Below, in pieces: positions 26,601-39,521 of a stretch of DNA of 64,000 nucleotides. The stretch is taken from contig MCFH01000012.1 in NCBI GenBank assembly GCA_002104945.1, positions 186,001 to 250,000 on the forward strand, read 5' to 3'. The notes beneath the pieces were generated by a model that had not been told where the DNA came from, searched no databases, and was given only the letters and a program-made list of their open reading frames with translations. This DNA is from Piromyces finnis finn (taxonomy: Eukaryota > Fungi > Neocallimastigomycota). The position numbers and the translations under genes were made by a program. Within the stretch, counting starts at the first letter, position 1. Each line of letters starts with the position of its first letter.

Positions 26601-27182
26601 GAATAAAAAATATTACACTCATTTCTTATTATATATTTATTTAACTTTATAATTATTCAATCAAAGCTACTATATTAATTTATTCAAGTTATTTGAATCT
26701 TTTAAATATAAAACTTACTTCTTAATAAAAATATAAACTTATTAACTAGATATACAATAACTTCTTTATAATAAATTCAAATCAAATTAAATTTGTGAAT
26801 TTATTCTACAATTATAAGAAATTCTTTATTTAATTAATTTATTTTAATTTATTAATTATAAAAAACATAATTTATTTAACAACTAAATTTGTAAAACCTC
26901 CTCATATTGAATTCAAATTATTTTAATTATTAATCTTAATCATTTGTTTAATGAATTATTTAATAAACTATTACATTCAAATTATCTTAATTTACGAAAT
27001 ATAAAATTAATTTTTTTTTTTTTTTTTTTTTAATAAATGTATAACTTTTTAAATAACTAAATTTGTATTGACTTTTGTTGATAAATTCAAATCAAATTAA
27101 AAATGCTTTAAATTTATATTCTAATTATTAAGAATTTTCTATTTAGTCAAATATTCAGTTATATAAAATACACCTTTATATA

Positions 27183-28346
27183 AAAGAAGTCGACCTGACT
27201 CCATCATATCAACTGGTGTCAGCGAATTCTTTATAAAGTATAAAGTAAGTTATTACAATGAAATTAAATTTTTAAGTTCGTTTTCGTATTACTTCAAAAT
27301 ATTTTAATATATTATTTAATAAACTTCTTAATTGTATTTATCTAATTTAATTAATAATATATTATCCTTGAATATATTATATTTATTTAGTTAGTTAATC
27401 GAATTTATATTGTATCTTCATATTAAAGAAGTCGACCTGACTCTATCCTTTAAAGAAAAGGTGTCGTCGAGTTCTTTATTTAGTATGAAGTTAAATTATT
27501 TTAAAAGTGATTTTAAATATCAAATCATTTTCTAACTTCATTAAATAAAATTATATATTTCAAATTTTCAAGTTAAATTAATTTATAGTATTTTCAATTT
27601 AATTTATTATATACTATTTCCCAAAAAGATGTCGATCTGACTCTGTCCTCTAAAAAGGTGTCATCGAAATCTTATTATAATAAAGAATAATTTATTTATT
27701 TAACTAACTTTACATATTTATTACTTTTACTTTTATTGTAAAATTTTAATTCATTTCTTAATTTTAATTTATTATATACTATATCTAAAAGATGTCGCTC
27801 AGACTCTATCCTATCAAAAGGTGTCGAGCGAGGTCTTTTATAATATATAATAAATATATTTCAATAAAATAACTTTTTCCAATAAGTGATATTTACATTT
27901 TAATTCACTTACTTCTCAATTTCATTTTAATTAATAAATATCAAAATTTTAATTTTCATATTTCTCAATATATTTTAAATAATTCTATAATTATTATATA
28001 CCATGTTTAAAAGATGTCGCTCAGACTCTATCCTATCAAACGGTGTCGAGCGAGGATTTTTAAGTATATAATAAGTTCATTTCAAAATAACAATTAATAA
28101 TTCATTCAAATAAGTGAAAACAACATACTAATTCACTTACTTCTCAATATATTTAAATAATTTTAAAATTTAATTAATTTTTTCTCAATTTTCTTTTTAA
28201 ATAAATTTTAATTTTCTTATTTCTTAATTAATTTTTTTTTGTTTACTCTTTTTAATTGTATATATACAATTTAATTTATAATATACTATGTATAAAAGAT
28301 GTCGCTCAGACTCTATCCTATCAAACGGTGTCGAGCGAGTTCTTTT
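27183..28346. repeat. array of six ~50-nt imperfect hairpins separated by AT-rich spacers
   Basis: Units at 27183, 27425, 27626, 27787, 28009 and 28294. Consensus AAAGA(A/T)GTCGnnC(T/A)GACTCYRTC..loop..GGTGTCnnCGA..TCTT. Confidence 0.9.
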
Positions 28347-28439
28347 TATAGTATATTATAATTAAATTTAATTTTAAAAGAGTATCATCAATTTAAAAAC
28401 AAGAGTATTTCATAAATAGATTCCCATTAGTATTACAGG

Positions 28440-28790
28440 TAGATTTTACATATAAAGATTTCATTGTTTCACAAAGTAGAGTTACACTCATTCCAATTCC
28501 AATATATAAAAGAAAGTTTCACAAAGTAAAGAAGTTCCAAAAGCAAAGTTCCACGAGATTCGTTCAAAAGAATTCCACGAAGGGAGGATTTCACAAGGTA
28601 ATGTTCTACAAGTAGGTAAAAATTCCACAATTATAGTTCCACAAAGTAGGGTTTCACAAAGAGGGTTTCACAAGGTAGTATTCACAAAATTTATTTAGAA
28701 TTTCACAAAGTAGGGTAACACAAAATTGATGTTACACTAACAGAAGTTACACCATAAATAGTTCCACAAGGTAGGCTTCTCAAGTAGACA
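28440..28790. repeat. cluster of ~14 degenerate TT(T/C)CACAA(A/G)GTAG motifs
   Basis: Repeated gtttcacaaagtag / gttccacaaggtag motifs with irregular spacing in the leader of E4. Confidence 0.7.
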
Positions 28791-29671
28791 AAAAAATTTC
28801 CGAAGAGAAAAAATTTCCGAAAAGTTCCAAATTTTCTACGGTAGCAATTCCCAATGTTGTAACTTCAGAAAATAAAAATTGTTTTATTATTAAATATAAA
28901 ACGTGTTTTTTAATAAGAAAAGGTAATTGTTATTGTAAAAGTATAAAATTTAAAACAGATTTCATACTTAAAACAAAACAATTTTTATTAACACAAAAAT
29001 AAAAAAATAAAACATTAAATTTTTATTTTAAGAATTTTTTTTTTTTTAACTTCCGAGTGCAAATTTTGTCACGAGAGAGGTCACACGAAGTCGGAGTGTT
29101 CTGGATTCGCTCAATTCCAATTTCTTAAGTATAAAGATGAACAAATGAGAAGTAACTATCAATAATTTTAGCTCAAATTATACTAACTTTAATAATTATC
29201 CAGCCAATAGTCAAAATAATTTTAACCACTCTAGTGATTTTAACTCAAATAAATTTAATTCTAATAAATTTAATTATAATAATAACACTGGACTTAATGG
29301 CCAAAACCCTAATAACAAAGTTTTAATAATCAAAATTTTAATAATTCATATTCTAATAATTTAAATTTCAATGGTCAAAATTATAATAATTTAGGTTCTG
29401 CTAATTCAAATTTTAATCAAAATTTTAATAATTCTAATTTTAGTAACAGTAACACCAACTTTATTCCTAATAATTTTGATAATTCTGGTTATAACAATTA
29501 CTATAATTCCTATAGTAATAATCCCTTTAGTAATTCTGCTCTGCTTAGAAACTCCGCTACTAACTACCAAAATTATCAAGATAGGAGTTTCAATAACCAG
29601 AACCTCTATGAAAATTCTAATAGTTTCTCCGAAAACGAAGATCATCAAAATGATTCAATGCATTTAAACTA

Positions 29672-31483
29672 ATGCAGGGGAGGAAATGCTCTCCCCTAAA
29701 CCAAAATGCATACCAAGATATGGGAAACTTCTATGTGGATGCCATTAAAAGAAAAAGCACTTCCTTAGAACCTGGTACTGAAATAAGAAAAGCTAAAAGT
29801 AATACCAGGAATAAAACTTCTTTGCAAGGAATGCCAACTAATAGTTCTGAAGATTCTGAATCCGATATGGAAGAGGATACCTTCAATAGAAAATTTGTAA
29901 ATCCACACTCCCGTAGTCGTTCTCCCAGTAAAAATTCCGACGTGGACCAAAATAGTCCTAATAAGTTAACTAATAACTTAAATAATAATAATTCTAATTC
30001 TAAAAATTTATTTTCTAATAATTTAAATAATGATAATGTAAACAATAATAATGTAAATGAAATTAATGTAAATGATAATAATGTATACAATAATGTAACT
30101 AATAATGAAATTATTAATAAAAATTCTAATATTTCAAAGTATATGGAAAAGACTTCTAAAGATTTTACTAAAACTAATAGTGTAAAGAATAATAATCCTT
30201 CAAAAATTGTTAATAGTAATAAATCTAATAATAATTCTTCTAACAATCCTTCTAATTTTACTAATAAAAATTCTAATTCTATTTCTAATGAAATTTCTAA
30301 TAATACTTTTTCTTCTAATAATTCTAATTCTAATAAATCTAAAACTATTAATAATTCTAATCCTAATTCTAACACTATTTCTAATAATAATTTTAGTACC
30401 AATAATTCCATTAATACTAATTCTAATATTGATAATTCAAAATTAGTCCAAAATATTAATAATAAAGTTCGATTTAAGGATCCACCTGTGTCACCTGACC
30501 ATAACAATAAATCTGACGTTCATATGACTTCTCCTAAAATTAGGAAAGATCGTCATACTATTTTAGTTAATAAAAATAATATTGAACCATATAATATAGA
30601 AAAAGACTTAGCTAATACCAAGTGTAACATTTCTTTTGCCCAAATTTTGGATATTTGTCCTAAACTTAGAAGTGAATTAACTAAGAACCTTAAACTAGAA
30701 AAATTGAAATTTGTTAACTCTATGTATTTTAATGATGATTTTAATTTCTATAATAATAACATTACAGCTCATAATGCTAAATTTAAAAATGATGACTTAG
30801 GTATAGTTTTAGCCTCAGTCGATAATATTAAAAATAAACTTCTTATTGATTCAGGAAGTAATCTTAATTTGGTTACTACTAAATATTTCAACAAACTGCC
30901 TGGACAATACGATACTGTAGGCGTTTGTCGCGGTAAAATTGGTGAAGCATTAGGTGATGATACTATTTCTAATGCTATTGTAGTCCGTTTACCAATTGTT
31001 ATTAATTCTTATTCCTTTATAGCTAATTTCTGCGTTATAGAGCATGATGCAGCTTATTTTGATATCCTAATTAGTCTTAAAACAATTGCCGATAATTACC
31101 TTTTTATCAACCCGGTATCTAAAACAGTCTGTAGGTGTACATCCCCTGATTCTTTTGAAGTTTTAGCACCTATTGTTGAAGACCAAGATGCCGAGATTGT
31201 CACTTGTTTCATTAAATTCCTAAGTCCACATAAAAATATCTATTCTTCTAAATTTTCTGATGAATTAGAAGATTTTTCTAATAATTTTTCCAATCTTAAA
31301 GTTACACAGAATGAAAATTTGTCCCCAAGTGATTATATTCATTCTGAAAATTTTATTTCTGAATTAGATCCACAATATAGGGATATTATTATTAATTCTC
31401 TAAATGATAATATTGATGTTATTGCTACTTCGTCTGAGCAATTATCGCCGTCAGATCTTAATCCTCATCGCATTGAACTTTAA
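29672..31483 (+). pseudogene. Asn-rich Gag tail plus aspartic protease of E3
   Basis: LLIDSGSNLNL protease motif; ends PHRIEL with a frameshift into RT (KDAVPFKSKFY..WSSPIVLV). Confidence 0.8.
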
Positions 31484-33115
31484 AAGACGCTGTTCCTTTT
31501 AAAAGTAAATTTTATAGACTTAATAAATTCAAGTCCGATATTCTCAAGGAGGAATTTACTAAGTTAATTAATAAAGGTCTTATTGTTTCCTCCAAATCTT
31601 CATGGTCATCCCCTATAGTCCTGGTCACAAAAAAGAATGGTAAATGGAGACTTTGCATGGACTATAGGAAATTAAATGCTTTAACTGTTCCAGATTCCTA
31701 CTCACTTCCTAATATTGATGAAATTTTTAGTGGGATTGGTGGTGCAAAAATTTTCTCTACTCTGGACCTATTCTCCGGGTATTGTAATGAATACTAGAAA
31801 TAACTAAATTGTCTTAGTGGTTAGTAGCTAAGACTTTGAGTCTGAATGACACTAGTTCAAGACCTCATAGATACTATTTTAAAAATTATGATTTTATTTT
31901 ATTTTATTTTATTTTATTTTTAAATTTTATTTTATATGAAGATTATTGATTGGTTAAGAATTTTAAGTTGAAAAAATTTTATAAATTAATTTAAAAAATT
32001 TTTAGTATAAATACGGGTGAATTTTCCCAAATATTTTAAAGAATCGAGATTTTATTAATAAATAATTATATTATTAAACACTAACTTATTAAGTTAAATT
32101 CTATGTGTTTTTAATGATATTTTTATAAATTAATAATTTACAGAATATTTTAAAGTGTTAATATTACTAAGTTATTTAGTAAATATTATAATTTGTTTTA
32201 TTATTAAAGACACATTTCTTTACAATAAAATCTCCCTATAATATAAAAGCTTAATACCTTAGTGTTTAAGAAATTGTTATAGATAAAACTTTTAAGTTTT
32301 ATTGTTGAAGCTTTTCTTTAAAGAAATATTTTTACTTAAAGTAGTAGAATTAGTACGCTTTAGAAGCGGTATATAATTCAAACTATAAAAAGTAAAAGAT
32401 TAACGGGATCGAGTTTAACCTGTACAATAATTGGGTTGGCAGGCTCTGAGCTATTCTACTTTGAATAAGGAAGTAGGAGAATCCGAGGTACACCACGTAC
32501 AAGACGCTGTAATAAGCAAGCTGGCGTGAGATTTATAGTTGTATACTATCTTTTGCTGTTTGATTATAGACCGGAAAATAGCCGGAAATGCCTTACTTTA
32601 ATAAAATAATATTTCTTAATTAATACATTTTAAAATTAAGTTTTCTAATAAAACAATTTCTAATTTTTAATTATAATTATTAATTGTTAAGACAATTTAT
32701 TAAAATTGTAATAATATAAAATAATATTCTTTATAACTCCTTTAGCGTGAGAAGTTAAACTCTTATACATAATACTTCTACGTTCGGATAAGGTTGATAT
32801 AGGGAAAGAAAACCTGTAATAATTTTTATTGCTAACAATAAATTAGACACTAAAAAAAATTTTTACACCGTTCCTTTCTTTTATTAATTTAATTAATATT
32901 AACAATCGACTTTATACGTGTTATCGTGAAGAGCTACGAAGGACTTATTATAAAGAATAAAACAGGTTATATATTTGATGGTTTAACACTATATAATCTG
33001 GTTTATATTATTATTTAATAAAAAGATTTACTCAATTAATAAATATAATTAAATACTTTATTCTATTATTTTTACAAATTTATTAAAGCTTATTAAAGAA
33101 AACATCATAAGTACT

Positions 33116-36100
33116 ATGGAAGAGAACGAAAACAACCACATGGATAATAATAATATTTTCGAAAACGCAACTCTTAAGGATGGTTTTGCAGGGGATCGCA
33201 GGTATCTGAAGGGTTTCTTAGCTAAGGTGGAGCTAGTGTTTATGCTATATCCTGAACGGTATCAAGACGACGCAACCAAAATTCTCTATATAATATCAAG
33301 ACTTTATGGGGACGCTATGAATTGGGCTGCTACTCTTATAAACAACCATGATCCGTGTCTTAATAACTACCAAGCTTTTGTTGACAGGTTTAAGGCTTTT
33401 TATGGATATAACGATGCTACCTATGTTGCAAATCAAATGCTTAGAACCTTAAAACAACGCCGATTAGGAGGAATTAGAGGATATATCTTGGAATTTAACC
33501 GCTATGCTGATGAATCAAACTGGAATGAACAAGCCAAAATGGATGCATTTATAGCTGGCCTTAATCAACAAGTTGCCGTTCGTATTTTGGAAATGTTTCC
33601 GGGTCCTAGGGATCTTCTTTCATTACAGACTATTGCTTCAAGAATCGATTCAAGATTATCTACACACCATACCTTTTTCCCTTCTGGTTCAAACAATGAC
33701 CAAAACCGAAAGAAAAGATCTTTTCATCACTCTTCAAAAATAACAAAGTCCATTACAAACAGGAATAACCATGGCCCTATCTCAAACGAAGAAAAGGAAA
33801 GAAGAAAGAAAGAAAATCTTTGTGTGTATTGTGGTGCTTCAAGTCATAAGCTTAATAATTGTCCAAAAAGAAAGAATAAAGATCGTGAAAATCCTTCACT
33901 AATATCTATTCCCACACTTATATCCGCTCCTAAAGAAGAAAACAAAACTCATAATAAAATGACAACTAAATTTAAACTTTCTTATGAACTAAATACGGAT
34001 ATTCTTATTGACTCAGGATCCAAACTTAATTTAATTGATGTAGATTACTGTAACGATAATAACATTCCTTATCATGATGATGGTAACCTCCCAAATATCG
34101 TTGGTATCGGTGGTCGACAATCTCTTTTTGGAATTACATCTCCTTTGAATCTTCGCTACAAAGATCATCTCTGTCGAACACAATTCTATGTAACTGATCT
34201 ACCTTATTATCCTTGTATTCTTGGAATAGACTGGCTTAAAGAACACAATCCTTCTATCGATTTCACAAAGAACAAAATTTCATTTGTATCCGATTACTGT
34301 TATAATCGTTGTATAACACTCTCCAATAATGTCCCTGAATTTCCTGAAGAAAGATCTGCTTTTCCTGCAATGGAAGATCCTTCTTACGAACCTCCGCATG
34401 ATTCATTCGCTTACCCTATATTTGTCGATAAACAAAACATCCAATCTCAAAACGAAACTAATCGTACTTGTACTATTCTCTGTTCGGGTTCTTCTAAAAA
34501 TATTAACAATTCTGTTTCTAAGAAGTCTTCTGTTAACTTTTCTACTTCGTCTCTCTCAAATCAAGAACAAACTTCTGTTTTGACTTCTTTTTCTGATTCT
34601 AATATTCAATCCAATTCTATTCTCAAATCCGATTCAAACTCTAAATCAGAACCCAATTCTTCTATTATACTTCCGGATGTTCTCTCTGACTTTGCTGATG
34701 TCTTCAATGAATCTAATGCTGAAAAACTTCCTCCACACCGTCCATACGATTGTGAAATAAAACTCAAAGAAAATTCAAAACTGTTTTATGGACCGATTTA
34801 TCCTCTAACAGAAACCGAATCAATTGCTTTAGAAGAATATATAAAAGAAAATCTCAAGAAAGGATTTATTAGAAAATCAAAATCGCCTGCGGGAGCTCCT
34901 ATTCTGTTTGTACCTAAGAAAAACGGTCAACTTCGTATGTGTGTTGACTATCGCCAATTAAACTCCATAACTATTCGTGATTCTTATCCCCTTCCTCTTA
35001 TACAAGATATGCTTGAACATCTTGGAAAAGGGAAGATTTTCTCAAAATTGGATCTTCGTTCTGCCTATAACTTGGTCAGGATTAAAAGTGGTGATGAATA
35101 TAAAACCGCTTTTACTTGCAAGTTAGGTCATTTTGAATACTGTGTGATGCCTTTTGGGTTGAAAAATGCACCTGCTGTTTTTCAACATTTCATTAATGAT
35201 GTTCTTGAAGACGTTCTTGGTAAATTCGCTTTCTCTTACATAGATGATATTATTATTTTTTCCTCTGATTATAAATCTCATATATCTCATGTCAAAACTG
35301 TTTTGAAACTCCTGAGGGATGCTGGGCTCTATGCTAAATTGGAAAAATGCGAGTTCTTTGTTTCTTTTATTGATTTCCTTGGTCATAGGATTTCTACTGA
35401 TGGTATTCACATGGACCCAAATAAAGTTTCTTCTATTTTAAACTGGCCTACTCCATCTAATGTTAAAGAGGTTCAATCTTTTCTTGGTCTTGCGAACTAC
35501 TACCGTCGATTTATTCCAAATTTTGCAAAGATCGCTCATCCTTTGCATAAACTTTTGAAGAAAAATGTTAAATTTGTATGGTCTAAAGAAGCTCAAGATG
35601 CTTTCGATTCACTCAAGTCCTTATTTGTTTCTGCTCCTGTTCTTATATTTCCTAACCGTGAACTTCCATTCATAGTCGAAACTGATTCAAGTAACTTTGC
35701 CATTGGTGCTATTCTCTCGCAAGTCTCTCCAATTGATAATATGACCCATCCAGTTGCTTTCTTTTCTCGCTCTCTTACTGGTCCTGAACGTAATTATCCA
35801 ATATATGATAAAGAGCTCTTAGCTATCGTTGAAACATGGCGTCATCTCTTGAAACATGGCGTCATCTACTTAAAGGCTCTTCTTCTACTTTTAAGATTTA
35901 CTCGGATCATCGAAATTTACTCTATCAAAAGAAACCTGAAAAAATGTCTCAACGTCTTGTTCGCTGGGCTTTGTTTCTCTCTGAATTTAACTTTGTTATT
36001 ATTTATCGTTCTGGTTCTTCTAACGGTAAGCCTGATGCTCTATCTCGTCGTCCTGATTATGCTATCAATTCGAATTCCTCTTCTGATGTTCCTTTTAATG

Positions 36101-36133
36101 TTCTTCGCCCTGAAAACTTTTGTGCCATTGTGA
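33116..36133 (+). CDS. gag-pol: Gag-protease-RT-RNase H (frameshifted)
   Basis: Same motifs as 11635-14652; one amino-acid difference seen. Confidence 0.93.
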   Translation: MEENENNHMDNNNIFENATLKDGFAGDRRYLKGFLAKVELVFMLYPERYQDDATKILYIISRLYGDAMNWAATLINNHDPCLNNYQAFVDRFKAFYGYNDATYVANQMLRTLKQRRLGGIRGYILEFNRYADESNWNEQAKMDAFIAGLNQQVAVRILEMFPGPRDLLSLQTIASRIDSRLSTHHTFFPSGSNNDQNRKKRSFHHSSKITKSITNRNNHGPISNEEKERRKKENLCVYCGASSHKLNNCPKRKNKDRENPSLISIPTLISAPKEENKTHNKMTTKFKLSYELNTDILIDSGSKLNLIDVDYCNDNNIPYHDDGNLPNIVGIGGRQSLFGITSPLNLRYKDHLCRTQFYVTDLPYYPCILGIDWLKEHNPSIDFTKNKISFVSDYCYNRCITLSNNVPEFPEERSAFPAMEDPSYEPPHDSFAYPIFVDKQNIQSQNETNRTCTILCSGSSKNINNSVSKKSSVNFSTSSLSNQEQTSVLTSFSDSNIQSNSILKSDSNSKSEPNSSIILPDVLSDFADVFNESNAEKLPPHRPYDCEIKLKENSKLFYGPIYPLTETESIALEEYIKENLKKGFIRKSKSPAGAPILFVPKKNGQLRMCVDYRQLNSITIRDSYPLPLIQDMLEHLGKGKIFSKLDLRSAYNLVRIKSGDEYKTAFTCKLGHFEYCVMPFGLKNAPAVFQHFINDVLEDVLGKFAFSYIDDIIIFSSDYKSHISHVKTVLKLLRDAGLYAKLEKCEFFVSFIDFLGHRISTDGIHMDPNKVSSILNWPTPSNVKEVQSFLGLANYYRRFIPNFAKIAHPLHKLLKKNVKFVWSKEAQDAFDSLKSLFVSAPVLIFPNRELPFIVETDSSNFAIGAILSQVSPIDNMTHPVAFFSRSLTGPERNYPIYDKELLAIVETWRHLLKHGVIYLKALLLLLRFTRIIEIYSIKRNLKKCLNVLFAGLCFSLNLTLLLFIVLVLLTVSLMLYLVVLIMLSIRIPLLMFLLMFFALKTFVPL

Positions 36134-37569
36134 CTTCTGTTTCGTCCATTAGTGATTCTTTTCTTTCCGAATATATAAATGATGACTTTTATAATAAAAT
36201 CTGTGAATATCTTGATTGTAGGAAACCTCCAATACCTCACCCTCAAATTGACAAATTTTCCTTAAGCAATAGTTTTCTCCTTTTTACTGACAGAATCTAT
36301 GTTCCTCCAAATTGTCGTCTTTCAATTCTTAAACTCTGTCACGACTCTCCTTCAGCTGGTCATTTCGGAATAAAGAAAACATCTTCTCTTATTGCTAGAG
36401 ACTTCTGGTGGCCTTCTATTTCTTCTGATGTTAAAGACTACGTTCGTTCTTGTGAAGTTTGTTGTCGTTCAAAAACCTTTCGTCATAAACCTTATGGTCT
36501 TCTGAATCCTCTTGATATTGCTGAGCGTCCTTGGTCATCCATTTCAATGGATTTCATTACAGATTTGCCTTCATCTTCTGGTTTCACTTGCATTCTTGTT
36601 GTTGTTGATCGTCTTACAAAAATGGTTCATCTCATTCCGTTCAAAAGTATTCCTTCCGCCGCCGAAACAGCCACAGCATTTATTGATAATATTTTCCGTC
36701 TTCATGGCCTACCTGAATCTATTGTCTCGGATAGAGGTTCTCAATTTACCTCTAAATTCTTCCAATCCATCTGTTCCTCCCTTGGCATTGAACTTAAGTT
36801 GTCTACTCCATTTCATCATCAATCAAACGGTCAGACGGAGAGGGTGAACTCCGTTATAGAACAATATTTAAGATGTTTCTCAAATTATAAAGGTTCAAAT
36901 TGGAAAAGTTTTCTTAGTCTTGCAGAATTTAGTTATAACAACGTGGTTCAAGAATCATCCAAATTTTCTCCATTCTTTTTGAATTACGGCTTTCATCCAA
37001 AATATTCACCAGTTATTCCAGACTTATCTAAAGTCCCAAGAGCAGAAGAGTTTACAAGAGATTTTAAAACTTTAATTAATACCTTAAAAGAAAATTTAAA
37101 ATCTGCCATGGAAACCCAGAAGAAGCATGCTGACAAACTTAGAAAAGAAGCTCCGAATTTTAAAGTTGGTGACAAAGTTTGGCTGGATAGTTCTTTAATT
37201 ATCCACAAAGGAAATAAAAAATTTAAGCCAAGAAAACTCGGCCCATACAAAATCTTGGAAAAAATATCAAATGTTACATTTAAATTAAGTCTCCCAAAAT
37301 CTATTAAGATTCATCCAGTTATTCATGTATCCAATCTCGAGAAATATGTCGAAGATAAATTTGGAAGATCTCAACCACCACCGCCACCTATTACCGTTGA
37401 CAATGAAGAAGAATACGAAGTTGAAGAAATTCTGGATAAAAGAAGACATTACGGAAAAATACAATACCTGATTAAATGGAAAGAGTATTCAATTAATGAA
37501 GCTTCGTGGGAGCCTGAAGAAAATCTAAATTGCAAGGGGCTACTTAAAAAATTTAATAGAAAGAAATAA
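35836..37569 (+). CDS. pol: RNase H tail-integrase-chromodomain
   Basis: Same motifs as 10199-11932; three amino-acid differences seen. Confidence 0.95.
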   Translation: MASSLETWRHLLKGSSSTFKIYSDHRNLLYQKKPEKMSQRLVRWALFLSEFNFVIIYRSGSSNGKPDALSRRPDYAINSNSSSDVPFNVLRPENFCAIVTSVSSISDSFLSEYINDDFYNKICEYLDCRKPPIPHPQIDKFSLSNSFLLFTDRIYVPPNCRLSILKLCHDSPSAGHFGIKKTSSLIARDFWWPSISSDVKDYVRSCEVCCRSKTFRHKPYGLLNPLDIAERPWSSISMDFITDLPSSSGFTCILVVVDRLTKMVHLIPFKSIPSAAETATAFIDNIFRLHGLPESIVSDRGSQFTSKFFQSICSSLGIELKLSTPFHHQSNGQTERVNSVIEQYLRCFSNYKGSNWKSFLSLAEFSYNNVVQESSKFSPFFLNYGFHPKYSPVIPDLSKVPRAEEFTRDFKTLINTLKENLKSAMETQKKHADKLRKEAPNFKVGDKVWLDSSLIIHKGNKKFKPRKLGPYKILEKISNVTFKLSLPKSIKIHPVIHVSNLEKYVEDKFGRSQPPPPPITVDNEEEYEVEEILDKRRHYGKIQYLIKWKEYSINEASWEPEENLNCKGLLKKFNRKK

Positions 37570-38326
37570 AAAATAGTTAAAAAATTCAAATTATATTTAT
37601 TATTAATATTAAAATCACAATTATTATTATTATCAAAACTTATTAATATCATTATCAATATCAATTTTATTATTAAACAATTTATTAATATCAAATTTAT
37701 CAATATTTTATTTTTAACTTTAGTAATATTAAAAAAAAAAAATGTATTTTATTATATTAAATGTATTTTTATAATTAAGAAAATTCACTCCTTAGTTTAG
37801 TTTATTAAAAAAAGAAAAACATATATTTAAATATTAAAATTCTAGATTCGTCTGGTATCCGAATCCTGGAGGAGGACCATGTAATGAATACTAGAAATAA
37901 CTAAATTGTCTTAGTGGTTAGTAGCTAAGACTTTGAGTCTGAATGACACTAATTCAAGACCTCATAGATACTATTTTAAAAATTATGATTTTATTTTATT
38001 TTATTTTATTTTATTTTTAAATTTTATTTTATATGAAGATTATTGATTGGTTAAGAATTTTAAGTTGAAAAAATTTTATAAATTAATTTAAAAAATTTTT
38101 AGTGTAAATACGGGTGAATTTTCCCAAATATTTTAAAGAATCGAGATTTTATTAATAAATAATTATATTATTAAACACTAACTTATTAAGTTAAATTCTA
38201 TGTGTTTTTAATGATATTTTTATAAATTAATAATTTACAGAATATTTTAAAGTGTTAATATTACTAAGTTATTTAGTAAATATTATAATTTGTTTTATTG
38301 TTAAAGACACATTTCTTTACAGGTAT

Positions 38327-39457
38327 CACCAAATTCATATGGACGATGATAGTATTGACCTTACTAGTTTTACCACCAAGTTTGGAAATTTTGTTTTTAA
38401 GGTCATGCCCTTCGGTCTTACTGGTGCCCCTGCTACTTTTCAAAGAGAAATGAATAGAATTCTCTTTGACCTACTTGGACATTCTGTCTATGTTTTCTTA
38501 GATGATATTTTAATTTTCTCTAATAATGTCGAAGAACATCTTTCACATTTAAACCAAGTTTTGGATATCTTCCGCCAACATAAGGTTAAAATCAACATTG
38601 AGAAATGTTGCTTCTTCAAAGAGGAGGTAGAGGTGCTTGGCCACGTGGTGTCCAAAGATGGTCTCAAAACCATTAAGTCTAAAGTAGAAGCTGTGAAGAA
38701 CTGGTCTAAGCCAAAAGACGTGTCTGAACTTAGGTCATTTTTAGGCACAGTTGGGTATTACAGAAAATTCATAAATAATTTTGCTAAACTGGCTGCGCCA
38801 CTTTATAAATTATTGAGGAAAGATTCTCAGCTTATATGGAATAAAATAGAACAAGAAAGTTTCGACATACTTAAAATAGCTCTGGTAGAAGCCCCAATAT
38901 TAGCTTTTCCTAATTCAAATAAACAATTCATTATTAGGACTGATGCCTGTAAGGATGGTATCGGAGGTGTATTATTACAAATTAATGATGAAAATGGCTT
39001 AGAACATCCGATACATTTTATAAGCAGAACACTCACTAAAGCAGAAAGAAATTATAGTACAACGGACCTGGAAGGCACAGCAGTCTATTACTGTGCAAAG
39101 GAATTTAAATACTATATTTCCGGAAATAAATATGAGGTTTTCTTATATACCGACCATAAACCCTTGCTTGGTCTATTCAGTAATAAAGAACCAGAAAACA
39201 TGCGCCACATTAGGTGGTGCATTACTATAAGTATGTTAAGAATAAAAATATTATACGAACCAGGAAAGAAAAATTGTCTCGCCGACGCTTTATCAAGAAT
39301 ACCTGTTACCTCAGAAGGACAAAATAATAACTTAGTTAATAAAGAAGAAATTTTGTCAGAAGAAAATACAAAAATTTCCAAAACGCCACAAAAAGGCAAG
39401 AATAATTTAGGAAGTCAAATTATAATAAAGCATCTACTAGTCAAAAAAATCAAATAA
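38327..39457 (+). pseudogene. pol: RT-RNase H of E3 (3' part)
   Basis: VMPFGLTGAPATFQR, VFLDDILIF, IRTDACKDGIG, YTDHKPL. Confidence 0.88.
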
Positions 39458-39521
39458 TTTTGAAAAATTCAAAAATTTCGTCAATTAAAAATTTAAGGGA
39501 AAATGGTGGTATATAGATAAT

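Larger units (their letters stand above)
23644..29035 (-). mobile_element. decayed family-A Ty3/gypsy element E4 (LARD-like)
   Basis: 3' LTR 23644-24433. The PPT region matches that of E5 (48678-48709). Degenerate integrase (FYTNYGFNLKFNIEI; GAGAGGGTGAAC) at ~24800-25050. PBS at 28923-28934 and truncated 5' LTR at 28934-29035. Confidence 0.75.
31783..38321 (+). mobile_element. Ty3/gypsy chromovirus-type element E2 (family B), near-identical inverted copy of E1
   Basis: 442-bp LTRs at 31783-32224 and 37880-38321 (a few mismatches). TSD GGTAT at 31778-31782 and 38322-38326. Inserted in the RT of E3. Confidence 0.97.

Noticed and set aside
27183-28346. CRISPR array interpretation of the hairpin repeats
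   Set aside because: Eukaryotic context, no cas genes, repeats ~50 nt and variable, spacers long, uneven and partly homologous to each other (e.g. TAATTCACTTACTTCTCAAT at ~27900 and ~28130).
29731-30507. 258-aa Leu-rich minus-strand ORF
   Set aside because: Antisense reading of the Asn/Ser-rich gag tail (AAT/TCT repeats).
9456-38321. RIP-like hypermutation, suggested by several CAA->TAA and TGG->TAG stops
   Set aside because: The 6.5-kb duplicates E1 and E2 remain almost identical, which RIP would not allow.
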